The notes below the pieces were generated by a model, which was given only the letters and a program-made list of their open reading frames with translations, made no database searches and was not told where the DNA came from. Made by a program: the position numbers and the translations under genes. Positions 8,748 through 17,720 of a stretch of DNA of 64,000 nt are shown piece by piece. Location of the stretch: positions 4,263 to 68,262 of the forward strand of contig JAEMPV010000048.1 in NCBI GenBank assembly GCA_022759145.1, in the 5' to 3' direction. How positions within the stretch are numbered: the stretch's first letter is position 1; the number at the start of each line of letters is the position of its first letter. Source of the stretch: Caldisericum sp. (GTDB lineage Bacteria > Caldisericota > Caldisericia > Caldisericales > Caldisericaceae).

Positions 8748-9554
8748 ATGAATAGATTAACTGAATCAATTATACTTGGAATAATCCAGGGTGCTACAGA
8801 ATTTTTACCGGTAAGTTCATCGGGACATCTTGTTGTAATTCCAGCATTATTTCATCTTAACCCTCCCAATCTTGCTTTTACAATGGGGCTTCATGCTGGA
8901 ACTTTGCTTTCGCTCTTGGTTTACTTCTACAGAGAAGTTTGGGGACTGTTGAAAGGTGTCTTCTCAATATTTAAAAGTAGGAGAACTCAAGAAGAGCAAT
9001 TTTACTTAAGATTATTTGTTTTGATTATTATTGCTGTAATTCCTGCTGGAATTGCAGGAGTTTTATTATCTGATAAGGTTGATCTTTTGTTTTCTAACCC
9101 AAGGACCGTTTCCTATCTATTTTTTATTACTGCAATACTTCTCATTATTGGAAGTATTTTATCTGAAAAATCAAGAAAAACACTTGAAAATATCACGGCA
9201 TTGGATGCGCTAATTGTTGGAGTTTTTCAAATTTTAGCGCTCCCTCCTGGTATTTCCCGATCAGGCTCCACAATAACTGGAGGAATTGTTTCTGGAATGG
9301 ACAGGGAAAGCGCTTCTAAATTTTCATTTCTTGTAGCAATCCCTGTAATATTTGGTGCCTCTCTTCTTGAGGTTAGAAAAATGAATTTTTCGGGCTTTAC
9401 TGTTACAGACCTTTTTGTTGGCTCCCTGGTTTCTTTTGTTGTAGGATTAATAAGCCTTTGGATATTTTTCCCTCTCATTAAGAAGACCAAATTTTATGTC
9501 TTTTCAATATACTGCATTATTTTGGGGACATTGGGATTAATTTTGTTGAAGTAG
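8748..9554 (+). CDS. uppP: Undecaprenyl-diphosphate phosphatase
   Basis: TEFLPVSSSGHL and PGISRSGSTI signature motifs of the BacA/UppP family. Polytopic membrane protein, 268 aa. Confidence 0.9.
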   Translation: MNRLTESIILGIIQGATEFLPVSSSGHLVVIPALFHLNPPNLAFTMGLHAGTLLSLLVYFYREVWGLLKGVFSIFKSRRTQEEQFYLRLFVLIIIAVIPAGIAGVLLSDKVDLLFSNPRTVSYLFFITAILLIIGSILSEKSRKTLENITALDALIVGVFQILALPPGISRSGSTITGGIVSGMDRESASKFSFLVAIPVIFGASLLEVRKMNFSGFTVTDLFVGSLVSFVVGLISLWIFFPLIKKTKFYVFSIYCIILGTLGLILLK

Positions 9555-9563
9555 GAGAGTGAA

Positions 9564-9983
9564 ATGGTTGAAAAAGTCGTATTTCCATTTGATTTTTCTA
9601 AGTTTAGTGAACAAGTTGTTTCTTACATCGTTAAACTTAAGAATTTTGGTTTAAAAGAAGTTGTCGTAGTAAATGTACTTGAATATGAGGAATTTACTTC
9701 CAGAAGTTCTTCAAAACTCGAGATTGAGGAGTATAGAAAGAGGAACTTTGAAAGAATGAAATATATAAAAGAGGAACTTGAAGAAAACGGTTTGAAGGTA
9801 ACATCAAGGGTGGAATTTGGAATTCCATCCAAAGTAATTGTTTCAATTTCTGAAGAAGAAAAAGCTCAGTTAATAGTAATAGCATCTACCGGAGCAGGAT
9901 TTACTCCAACACTAATAGGAAGCACTGTTCAAAATGTTATAAGGCTTTCTAAAATCCCAGTGCTTGTTATTCCTTCACTCTAA
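9564..9983 (+). CDS. Universal stress protein (UspA family)
   Basis: 139 aa, USP fold pattern with C-terminal GSTVQNVIRLSKIPVLVI. Confidence 0.75.
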   Translation: MVEKVVFPFDFSKFSEQVVSYIVKLKNFGLKEVVVVNVLEYEEFTSRSSSKLEIEEYRKRNFERMKYIKEELEENGLKVTSRVEFGIPSKVIVSISEEEKAQLIVIASTGAGFTPTLIGSTVQNVIRLSKIPVLVIPSL

Positions 9984-10433
9984 TTCAATAATGCCGGAAA
10001 CCTCAAGACAAGCACCCATTGGCAGTGAATTAACGCCTATAGCAATGCGCGAGTGTTTTCCCTTTTCTCCGAATACACTTACGAGGAGATTAGAAACTTC
10101 GTTCATTACCTTAGGATGGTCTTCGAAGTCATCTGTTGCATTTACAAACCCTTCAATCTTTACAATTTGTTTTACTTTGGCAAAATCGTTTGTTACTTCT
10201 TTTATATTTGCAAGGATTGAGAGAACTATCAATTGAGCAGGTTTTTTTGCATCTTCTAATTTTAGTTCTCTTCCGAATTTTCCTTTTATTACCTCACCAT
10301 TTTCAACTGGGATTACTCCCGAGAAAAAAAGAAGTTTTGAGTTTGTGACTACAACGGGAACATAACTTCCAAGAGTTTTTGTTGGTTTTGGTAAGGTTAA
10401 TCCTAAAGATTTTAAATTCTCTTCGATACCCAT
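9975..10433 (-). CDS. RidA/YjgF-family protein
   Basis: YjgF-like C-terminal pattern HSRIAIGVNSLPMGACLEV. I moved the start to ATG 10433 (MGIEENL) because AAGGAGG lies 5 nt upstream of it; the ORF-track TTG at 10454 contains that SD. Confidence 0.7.
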   Translation of the reverse strand: MGIEENLKSLGLTLPKPTKTLGSYVPVVVTNSKLLFFSGVIPVENGEVIKGKFGRELKLEDAKKPAQLIVLSILANIKEVTNDFAKVKQIVKIEGFVNATDDFEDHPKVMNEVSNLLVSVFGEKGKHSRIAIGVNSLPMGACLEVSGIIELE

Positions 10434-10446
10434 CACGACCTCCTTT

Positions 10447-11340
10447 TTATTCAATTATATATCCTAATTTCTTAAGTTTACTCTCTAATTTAGGCCAGTC
10501 TTCTTCCACTTTAACTTGCAATTCAAGGAAAACTGGCTTTTTAAGGATCTCTTGAAGTTCAAGGCGCGTTGTTGTTCCGATTTTTTTAATCATAGAACCA
10601 TTTGCACCGATTACTATGCCTTTCTGGGATTCTTTTGCAACATGGATTATGGCGCTAATATAAAGAACGCCGTTTTCTCTTTCCTTTACTTCTTCAACGG
10701 TAACAGCGGTCTCGTAAGGTAACTCCTGCCTCAAAAGAAGGTATAGTTTTTCTCTTATAAGTTCTGCAACCTGGAGATTAAACGGCAAATCTGTAACTTC
10801 TCCTTCGTCGAAGTATGCAGGCCCTTCAGGAAGATACTCAACAGTTTTTTCAATTAATGCGTCCACATTCTTTCCAGTAAGCGCTGAAATTCTAAAAACT
10901 TCCTTAAAATCAAAAAGACTTCTAAAAACTTCCTCTGTTTTATTGATGTCTTCTTCTTTATACATGTCAATCTTATTGATAACAAGAAAAACAGGAATTG
11001 TGAGGTCCTTTAGGTGCTTTAGCATTTCCGGATATTCTTCTCCAATATAGTCATTTACCTCAACCATAAAATAAACAACATCTGCACCTTCGAGGCTTTT
11101 CAAAGCCACATTAACCATATATTTGTTCAATGCACTTTTTGCAAGGTGAAAACCAGGCGTATCTGCAAATACAATCTGTGCATCTTTTAGATTTTTAACA
11201 CCTAAAATTCTAAACCGGGTTGTTTGAGGCTTTGGCGTTACTATAGAGATCTTTCTCTGGACAATGTAATTTAAAAGAGTAGATTTTCCTACATTTGGTC
11301 TTCCTAAAATTGTAACAATTCCGCTTTTCACTTTTTCCAC
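10447..11340 (-). CDS. era: GTPase Era
   Basis: G1 GRPNVGKSTLLN, G3 DTPG, G4 NKID, C-terminal KH domain. The start may be the second GTG (11331), preceded by GAGGTGG. Confidence 0.9.
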   Translation of the reverse strand: MEKVKSGIVTILGRPNVGKSTLLNYIVQRKISIVTPKPQTTRFRILGVKNLKDAQIVFADTPGFHLAKSALNKYMVNVALKSLEGADVVYFMVEVNDYIGEEYPEMLKHLKDLTIPVFLVINKIDMYKEEDINKTEEVFRSLFDFKEVFRISALTGKNVDALIEKTVEYLPEGPAYFDEGEVTDLPFNLQVAELIREKLYLLLRQELPYETAVTVEEVKERENGVLYISAIIHVAKESQKGIVIGANGSMIKKIGTTTRLELQEILKKPVFLELQVKVEEDWPKLESKLKKLGYIIE

Positions 11341-11392
11341 CTCAGATTTATTAATTTTCCTAAATATATTATAGCAGTTATTTTGAAAAAAG

Positions 11393-11420
11393 TTGCAAAA
11401 AATTTTATCTTTGCTAAAAT
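11393..11420 (+). promoter_or_regulatory. Candidate sigma-70 promoter TTGCAA-16 nt-(TGc)TAAAAT for the tandem-USP/transporter operon
   Basis: TTGCAA 11393..11398, TG 11412..11413, TAAAAT 11415..11420. SD GAAGGAGG, then ATG 11443. Confidence 0.5.
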
Positions 11421-11442
11421 TATATAGAAGGAGGTTTTAGAA

Positions 11443-12243
11443 ATGTATAAGAAAATTTTGATTCTTGTTGATAACTCTGAGGTTATGGATGATGTTGTTG
11501 AGTATACTTACAATCTTTTCCCTGACTCTACTTTGTATTTACTAAGTGTTGTAAATCTTGGTCCTTTTTCTGGTTATTATACAAAAACGGTCTTTAGGGA
11601 AATGAAGTCTCTTGCAGAGGAAACTTTGAACCGCCTTGAATTACTTTTGGAAGAGAAAAAAGCAAAATTTCAAACAGAGGTAATTGAAGGAGAGCCTGTT
11701 TCTGTCCTTTTGAGTTATGCAAAGAGAAAAGGTATAGACCTTATAGTTCTCGAAACTCATGCGGGAATAAGCGTAAATAAGATAAAAATAGGTGGAACAA
11801 CATACAGGCTTCTAATTAACTCACATATTCCTGTTTTACTTTTAAACGAGCGTCTCGAAATAAAAAGGTCGCCAAAGATTTTACACCCTACAACAGGGAG
11901 TAAGTATTCCGAAATTGCAACAGTTGAAGTTGGTAAACTTGCATCTTTTTGGGATTCTGAGGTCGAAGCACTAATTTTAAGAGAACCAAAAGAGAAAATT
12001 GCAGAGCGTGTAAAAGAACTTTTAAGTAATTTCCATATAGATTTTACGATAACTTATGCAGAAGAAAGTGAAATAAATTCGATCTTGAAAAGATCGTCTT
12101 TTTCCGATATCATTATAGGATCGAGGGGTTCGCCAAGACCATCTTACAAACTTAGAACTATATTTAAGCCGTTTTCATTAGACGCGACTTTGAAATTACT
12201 CATAGCTTTCTTACCAAAGCCATTACTTCTAATTTGCGATTAG
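11443..12243 (+). CDS. Tandem universal-stress-protein-domain protein
   Basis: Two USP-like halves (KKILILVDNSE...IPVLLL, then KILHPTTGS...). 266 aa. Confidence 0.65.
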   Translation: MYKKILILVDNSEVMDDVVEYTYNLFPDSTLYLLSVVNLGPFSGYYTKTVFREMKSLAEETLNRLELLLEEKKAKFQTEVIEGEPVSVLLSYAKRKGIDLIVLETHAGISVNKIKIGGTTYRLLINSHIPVLLLNERLEIKRSPKILHPTTGSKYSEIATVEVGKLASFWDSEVEALILREPKEKIAERVKELLSNFHIDFTITYAEESEINSILKRSSFSDIIIGSRGSPRPSYKLRTIFKPFSLDATLKLLIAFLPKPLLLICD

Positions 12244-12257
12244 TATAGGAGGTTAAA

Positions 12258-13532
12258 ATGAATAATCATGCTTTAACATCTATTTTAATATTTGTTTTTG
12301 TCTACGCTTTGATAATTGCTGACTTATTGCCAAGAACTATAGTAACATTAGCTGGCACAGTACTTCTATTTATACTTGGTATACTTAAAGATACTCAGGT
12401 TGTTTCCCTTATAAACTGGGAAGCAATGGGTCTTATACTTGGCATGTATATCCTTGTGCACGTACTTGTTGAAAGTGGGTTCTTTGATTTACTAAGTGCT
12501 TATGTGATAAAATTATCAAAAGGGAAACCTATGACAGTTTTTATTAGTTTAGCTATCGTAACTGGTATACTGTCTGCTTTTATGGGTAGTATAACAGTAA
12601 TGCTCTTCATGGCTTCATTGAGCATCCAGACTGCAAGGGAACTTAATATGGACCCTGTACCATTTGTTCTATCTCAAATTGCCTCTTCAAACCTTGGTGG
12701 AAGCGCTACGCTTATGGGTAACCCACCTAATATAATCCTTGGAACGGGGTTGGGTATAACACTTGCACAATATATTATATATCTGGCACCTTTAGTATTT
12801 GTTTTACTTATTTTGAACGCATACTTGTTCTATTTTGCTAATAGGAATGATTTTTTAAAAGCAAAAACTCTTGAAATGGATTATGTAAACTCAATTAAAC
12901 CATACTCAAGTATCAAGAATATCTATATGTTTTATTCTGGTGTTTTTAGTTTTTTAATTACAATTTTATTGCTCATAATTCATGAGAAACTTGGAATAAC
13001 GGTTGGACATGTTGGAATAATAGGTGCAACGATTGTCCTGCTATTAAATGGCCATAGAGTAGGAGATATATGGGAAAAGATTGATTGGGAAGTATTCGTA
13101 TTTTTTGCAACACTTTTTATAATCATCGGTGCTCTCGAAGTTACGGGTGTAATCCAATCTCTTGCAAATGTTATCGTGTCTTTTGCCAAAGGTAGCGCTT
13201 TAATAACAAAAAATGTATTACTTTGGACCTCTTCTATACTATCCGGATTTATTGATAACGTTCCCTTTGCAGCTTCTATGGTTCCTCTTATAAAAGCACT
13301 TGCTGGGAAAGTTCCAGTAAGTTTGCTTTCTATGGGACTCATTATAACATTTGGAACGGATGTCGGAGGTAATCTAACTCCTATTGGAGCAACTCCAAAC
13401 GTTGTTGGACTTTCTATATTGAGGAATGCTGGAATTGAAGTGAGCTGGGGAGAATACATTAAAAAGGTTGCACCAATTACTATCCTTGAAATAATACTTG
13501 CGGATATTCTGTTTATTTTAATGTATCACTAA
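12258..13532 (+). CDS. ArsB/NhaD-superfamily (CitMHS-like) ion/anion permease
   Basis: 424 aa polytopic membrane protein with GGSATLMGNPPNI and GGNLTPIGATPN re-entrant-loop motifs typical of this permease superfamily. Confidence 0.7.
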   Translation: MNNHALTSILIFVFVYALIIADLLPRTIVTLAGTVLLFILGILKDTQVVSLINWEAMGLILGMYILVHVLVESGFFDLLSAYVIKLSKGKPMTVFISLAIVTGILSAFMGSITVMLFMASLSIQTARELNMDPVPFVLSQIASSNLGGSATLMGNPPNIILGTGLGITLAQYIIYLAPLVFVLLILNAYLFYFANRNDFLKAKTLEMDYVNSIKPYSSIKNIYMFYSGVFSFLITILLLIIHEKLGITVGHVGIIGATIVLLLNGHRVGDIWEKIDWEVFVFFATLFIIIGALEVTGVIQSLANVIVSFAKGSALITKNVLLWTSSILSGFIDNVPFAASMVPLIKALAGKVPVSLLSMGLIITFGTDVGGNLTPIGATPNVVGLSILRNAGIEVSWGEYIKKVAPITILEIILADILFILMYH

Positions 13533-13546
13533 GTCTCTAATAAGTT

Positions 13547-14635
13547 TTATGTATTAAATAATTTTGGTGCTAATTCGATGCAAAAGTTACATTTAATACA
13601 TTTTGACTTGTTTATGCTATATTTTGAGTTTAATTTTTCGATTGCGCCAGTGGGGCAGTATAGACCGATATAGTCAAACTCTCTATCCTGCCCCTTTATA
13701 GTAGGAAAGGACTTTCTTTCATAAAATTTTGAAAAATTCATCTTCCTAACAAGTTCTTTTCTCAATTTGAGGAAATCTGTTCCATCAATTACTACTTCCT
13801 TCAAAAGTCCGTGCCCTAGGTCGTAAATTGATCCTAATTTGTTCGTTTCTATATCTGAAGAACGGAATCCAATAAGGACTGAAATTACGGAGTCCAGCGC
13901 AAGAAGATCTTTTGACGACATAAGAAGTCCGAATTTATCTTTTTCACTATTTGTTAGTTCTCCTTCTACTGCGTCCACAACACCAAAAAGAATGGAATTT
14001 TTAATTACACCGTATACATCGAGCAATGCATCCCCAAATTTTGCAGAAAGTATTCTAAGGAATATTTCTGATCTCAAATTTGTTGGAACCAAATATAGTA
14101 ATGAATTTAGAAAGCCGCCAATCTTACTTACTGGGGAATCTTTTAATTTAACCACAGGAACTATGTAATCACTTTCAGCAACAGTTTCTGGAATGAAGAC
14201 TTTTTTAAGTGTCCTAACTTTGAAAACATCTGACTTTTCAAAAGATTTTTCCATCTGATACTGCCCTGGAGATAAAATTTGGTAGCCCAAAAAATGCTGT
14301 GTTTTTTTAGCCTTTAAATCTACCTCAAACTCCTCGTATGGTTCATTTCTAAAATCATGGAATTTTAAACCTTGTGCTTCGAAAAGAGACCAAAGCTCAT
14401 TTTGGTTAGGCAAAATAATTGATGTTCCAAATTCGACAGTTTTTGCACCTTTATCAACTAAAATATTGTTTAATGCTTTTAAAAGATTAATATTTGGGAG
14501 CATATTATCAAAGAAAACAACAATTTTTTTATCTTTAATTTCGTCAAAATTTAACCAGTCCAGGACTTCCAACAATTTCTCTTTTAAAGTATCAAGTTCA
14601 TAATCTTTTTGTTCAACAATTCTAACTGTACTCAT
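13547..14635 (-). CDS. DUF362-like protein with C-terminal degenerate ferredoxin motif
   Basis: 362 aa. The C-terminus, LYCPTGAIEKLNSKYSINKSKCIKCNFCIELAP, carries one CxxCxxC plus one CP cysteine. The body resembles DUF362-family proteins that commonly carry such tails. Confidence 0.5.
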   Translation of the reverse strand: MSTVRIVEQKDYELDTLKEKLLEVLDWLNFDEIKDKKIVVFFDNMLPNINLLKALNNILVDKGAKTVEFGTSIILPNQNELWSLFEAQGLKFHDFRNEPYEEFEVDLKAKKTQHFLGYQILSPGQYQMEKSFEKSDVFKVRTLKKVFIPETVAESDYIVPVVKLKDSPVSKIGGFLNSLLYLVPTNLRSEIFLRILSAKFGDALLDVYGVIKNSILFGVVDAVEGELTNSEKDKFGLLMSSKDLLALDSVISVLIGFRSSDIETNKLGSIYDLGHGLLKEVVIDGTDFLKLRKELVRKMNFSKFYERKSFPTIKGQDREFDYIGLYCPTGAIEKLNSKYSINKSKCIKCNFCIELAPKLFNT

Positions 14636-15338
14636 TTTCTAACCCCTTCCTTTCGCAATCGTTTATGAGCGGACAAGAGGAACAGTCCGGTTTCTTTTTG
14701 CAAAAATTTTTGCCTAATTCTACAATCAAAGCGTGCATCTCTTTAAAATTATCAATGGTTTCATTGATTGTTTTGCCTTTTAGACTTTCCTCAAAAATAT
14801 TCCTTATATCATCGTATTTTAAGTCTTTTTTCAATATTCCAAACCTATAGCCGAATCTTTTTGTATAGTTATCTACGACAAAAATTGGCTTATCAAGCGC
14901 ATAAAGTAAAATTGAGTCAGCCGTTTCTTTGCCAATGCCGTCGATATTAAGCAATTCCTCTCTTAACTCCTGCAAGCTTTTCTTTTTCAGTTGTTCGAGA
15001 TCAAAATTGTACTGTTTGAAGTATTTAAGGAAGTTCTTTAACCTTTTTGCTTTTAATCTATAGAATCCCGATTCTTTTATAAGTTGTGCAAGTTCGTCAA
15101 CGCTCAAATTATAAAGGGCAAGAGGATTTAAAACCCCAAGCCCTTTTAATCTTGAAATCACTTTCTCAACATTTTTCCATGTAGTCTGTTGAGTTAAAAT
15201 TGCTCCAACAATTACTTCAAAAGGAGTTTCCGCAGGCCACCAATTCTGCCTTCCAAAGTGTCTATAGAGAACCTCAAACGCTTTCAAGATTAAGTTCTGC
15301 TTCTTTTCTAACTCTTGAGAGGTAGTTCTTAAGTTCAT
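14622..15338 (-). CDS. Endonuclease III-like HhH-GPD DNA glycosylase-family protein with Fe-S cluster loop
   Basis: HhH (LLNIDGIGKETADSILLYAL), catalytic-region D (VVDNYTKR) and C-terminal Cys cluster CKKKPDCSSCPLINDC. The start is uncertain: ATG 15338 or TTG 15374. Both overlap the ftsH 3' end. Confidence 0.75.
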   Translation of the reverse strand: MNLRTTSQELEKKQNLILKAFEVLYRHFGRQNWWPAETPFEVIVGAILTQQTTWKNVEKVISRLKGLGVLNPLALYNLSVDELAQLIKESGFYRLKAKRLKNFLKYFKQYNFDLEQLKKKSLQELREELLNIDGIGKETADSILLYALDKPIFVVDNYTKRFGYRFGILKKDLKYDDIRNIFEESLKGKTINETIDNFKEMHALIVELGKNFCKKKPDCSSCPLINDCERKGLENEYS

Positions 15339-17148
15339 CACCTTGAAGTGTTTCTTTTTCTTTAAGAACTTCAACTATTTCAAATACGAGGTCTTTGTTT
15401 GCTTCTATAACCTTTTTTGCTTTGTTGTATGCAAGTTCTACAAACCGCTTAACTTCTGCGTCAATAAGATCTGCGGTCCTTTCGCTATAGTCTCTTTGTT
15501 CTCCGAGTTCCTTTCCAAGGAATATAAGTTCTTCTTGCTTGCCAAATGTTAGAGGCCCGAGTTTCTCTGACATACCATATGCACGAACCATTTTTCTTGC
15601 AATATCTGTTGCTCTCTCAAGATCGTTTGCAGCACCTGTAGAAACTTCTCCTATAAAAATTTCTTCTGCTGCACGTCCACCTAAAAGTGCTGCAATCTTA
15701 TTTATAAGTTCACTTTTCTTCTGGAGATACTTATCTTTTTCTGGAAGTTGCACATTATATCCAAGAGCCATACCTCTTGAAACTATTGAAATTCTATGGA
15801 CTACATCGCCAGAAGGAAGTGCAGTTGTAACAATTGCATGTCCAGTTTCGTGGAAGCAAACGATTTTTTTCTCTTCATCGGATAGAACAAGCGACTTCTT
15901 TTCTGGTCCTGCTATTATCTTGTCTATTGCCTCTTCAATTTCTTTCTGGGTTATTTTTTCCTGCCCTTTTCTCACTGCAATAAGGGCTGCTTCGTTAAGA
16001 AGATTTTCAAGATCGGCTCCTGTAAAACCTGCTGTTTGCTGGGCAATTGCTGTAAGGTTTACATCTTCTGCAAGGGGCTTACCTCTTGCGTGCAGTTTTA
16101 AAATTTCTTCTCTTTCCTTTGTGTCTGGAAGACCAACAACAATTCTTCTATCAAATCTGCCTGGTCTTAAAAGAGCAGGATCGAGGATGTCAGGTCTATT
16201 TGTTGCAGCAATTACGATAATTCCTGTATGTGGGTCGAAACCATCCATCTCTACAAGAAGTTGGTTCAATGTTTGCTCTCTTTCATCATGCCCACCACCA
16301 ATGCCTGCTCCTCTGTATCTTCCCACAGCATCAATTTCGTCAATGAAGACTATGCATGGAGCGTATTTTCTTGCCTGGTCAAAAAGATCCCTTACACGTG
16401 AAGCGCCGACTCCAACAAACATTTCAACAAATTCAGAACCAGAAACAGAGAAGAATGGAACGTCTGCTTCACCTGCAATTGCCTTTGCAATGAGCGTTTT
16501 ACCACATCCTGGAGGTCCAACCAAGAGAACTCCCTTTGGAATTTTTGCTCCATATTTTGTAAACTTCCTCGGGTTTTTAAGGAACTCTATTATTTCCTTA
16601 ACTTCTTCTTTAACTTCATCTGCCCCTGCTACATCTTTAAATGTTATTTGTGGTTTGTTGTCTAAGAAAAGTTTTGCCTTACTTTTTCCGAAACTGAACG
16701 CCTGATTGGATGAAGAAGAAGCACCACCAAGCATTCTCTGCATTAAAAACCACCATATAAGCATAATTACAATCCATGGGACTATGTTCCATAAAAGAGT
16801 TGTAAAGGTTGAACTCGATGACTGAATATCATAAGTTATTCCAGATTGGGCGAGCTTGTCCTCAAGAACTGTGGAAAATGGAAGAGTCCTTGCCTGAACC
16901 TGCTTTCCATCTTTGAGGGTTCCTATCACGAGTGTTGTTACATTGTCCTGCGTCTTTATAATTACGCTGGTAAATTCCTTTTGATCGATATAACTTAAGA
17001 ATTGTGAGTAAGGAATAGTTTCTGGTGCTGAATTACCACCATTAATTAAGAATTTAGAAGCAAAGAACAAAACAACAATTAAAAGTACCCATCCTATTGC
17101 TTCTCTTACTAATGTATTTTTTAGATTGTTATTATTTTTTGGTGCCAT
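15274..17148 (-). CDS. ftsH: ATP-dependent zinc metalloprotease FtsH
   Basis: Two N-terminal TM segments, Walker [14 protein letters not shown], Walker [12 protein letters not shown], zinc site HETGHA. Confidence 0.97.
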   Translation of the reverse strand: MAPKNNNNLKNTLVREAIGWVLLIVVLFFASKFLINGGNSAPETIPYSQFLSYIDQKEFTSVIIKTQDNVTTLVIGTLKDGKQVQARTLPFSTVLEDKLAQSGITYDIQSSSSTFTTLLWNIVPWIVIMLIWWFLMQRMLGGASSSSNQAFSFGKSKAKLFLDNKPQITFKDVAGADEVKEEVKEIIEFLKNPRKFTKYGAKIPKGVLLVGPPGCGKTLIAKAIAGEADVPFFSVSGSEFVEMFVGVGASRVRDLFDQARKYAPCIVFIDEIDAVGRYRGAGIGGGHDEREQTLNQLLVEMDGFDPHTGIIVIAATNRPDILDPALLRPGRFDRRIVVGLPDTKEREEILKLHARGKPLAEDVNLTAIAQQTAGFTGADLENLLNEAALIAVRKGQEKITQKEIEEAIDKIIAGPEKKSLVLSDEEKKIVCFHETGHAIVTTALPSGDVVHRISIVSRGMALGYNVQLPEKDKYLQKKSELINKIAALLGGRAAEEIFIGEVSTGAANDLERATDIARKMVRAYGMSEKLGPLTFGKQEELIFLGKELGEQRDYSERTADLIDAEVKRFVELAYNKAKKVIEANKDLVFEIVEVLKEKETLQGDELKNYLSRVRKEAELNLESV

Positions 17149-17153
17149 TTAAA

Positions 17154-17699
17154 TTATTTACCTCCCTTGTATACTCTTTCTTTTAAGATGCCTATATAAG
17201 GCAAATTTCGATATTTTTCTTCATAGTCAAGTCCGTAACCAACAACAAAACTATTTGGAATTCTAAAGCCATAATAATCAACTTTAACATTAATAATTCG
17301 TCTTTCTACTTTATCAAGAAGCGTACAAATCTTTATACTTTTTGGCTTTCTTGTCTTGAGCAATCTCGTAACGGCATCCATAGTAAGTCCTGTGTCCACT
17401 ATGTCTTCTATAATAAGAACATGTCTATCCTCAATTGGTGTGTCGAGGTCTTTCAGGATTTTTACCTGTCCGCTTGATTCTGTTTTGCCACCATAACTTG
17501 AAATAGCCATAAAATCGACAGAAATGGGGATATCGACATTTCTAACGAGGTCAGCAAGAAAAACAAATGCTCCTCTCAAAATACATACGAAGAGAGGAAA
17601 TTTCCCTTTATAATCTTTGGAAATCTCTTCTCCTAACTCTTTCACTCTTTTCTTTATTTCACTCTCGGATACGAGAATCTCTTCAATATCTTCATGCAT
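17154..17699 (-). CDS. hpt: Hypoxanthine phosphoribosyltransferase
   Basis: PRPP-binding motif VLIIEDIVDTGLT. 181 aa. Conserved tilS-hpt-ftsH order. Confidence 0.9.
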   Translation of the reverse strand: MHEDIEEILVSESEIKKRVKELGEEISKDYKGKFPLFVCILRGAFVFLADLVRNVDIPISVDFMAISSYGGKTESSGQVKILKDLDTPIEDRHVLIIEDIVDTGLTMDAVTRLLKTRKPKSIKICTLLDKVERRIINVKVDYYGFRIPNSFVVGYGLDYEEKYRNLPYIGILKERVYKGGK

Positions 17700-17705
17700 A
17701 CGATA

Positions 17706-17714
17706 ATTATATCA
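17706..17714 (-). promoter_or_regulatory. Extended -10 (TGaTATAAT) 6 nt upstream of the hpt ATG
   Basis: Minus strand reads TG (17714..17713), A, TATAAT (17711..17706), TATCGT, ATG (17699). No SD. Confidence 0.4.
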
Positions 17715-17720
17715 TAAATT

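Noticed and set aside
12980-13459. 159-aa minus-strand ORF antisense to the ArsB/NhaD-like permease gene
   Set aside because: A shadow ORF of a membrane-protein gene, with no motif and no SD.
15539-16705. 388-aa plus-strand ORF with no stop codon, antisense to ftsH
   Set aside because: It lies entirely inside the strongly supported FtsH CDS on the opposite strand. Its product is low-complexity (S/A/P/F-rich) with no recognisable motif. There is no SD or promoter-like sequence at its start. A long shadow ORF fits the codon bias of the locally GC-richer ftsH sequence. I cannot exclude dual coding, but nothing supports it.
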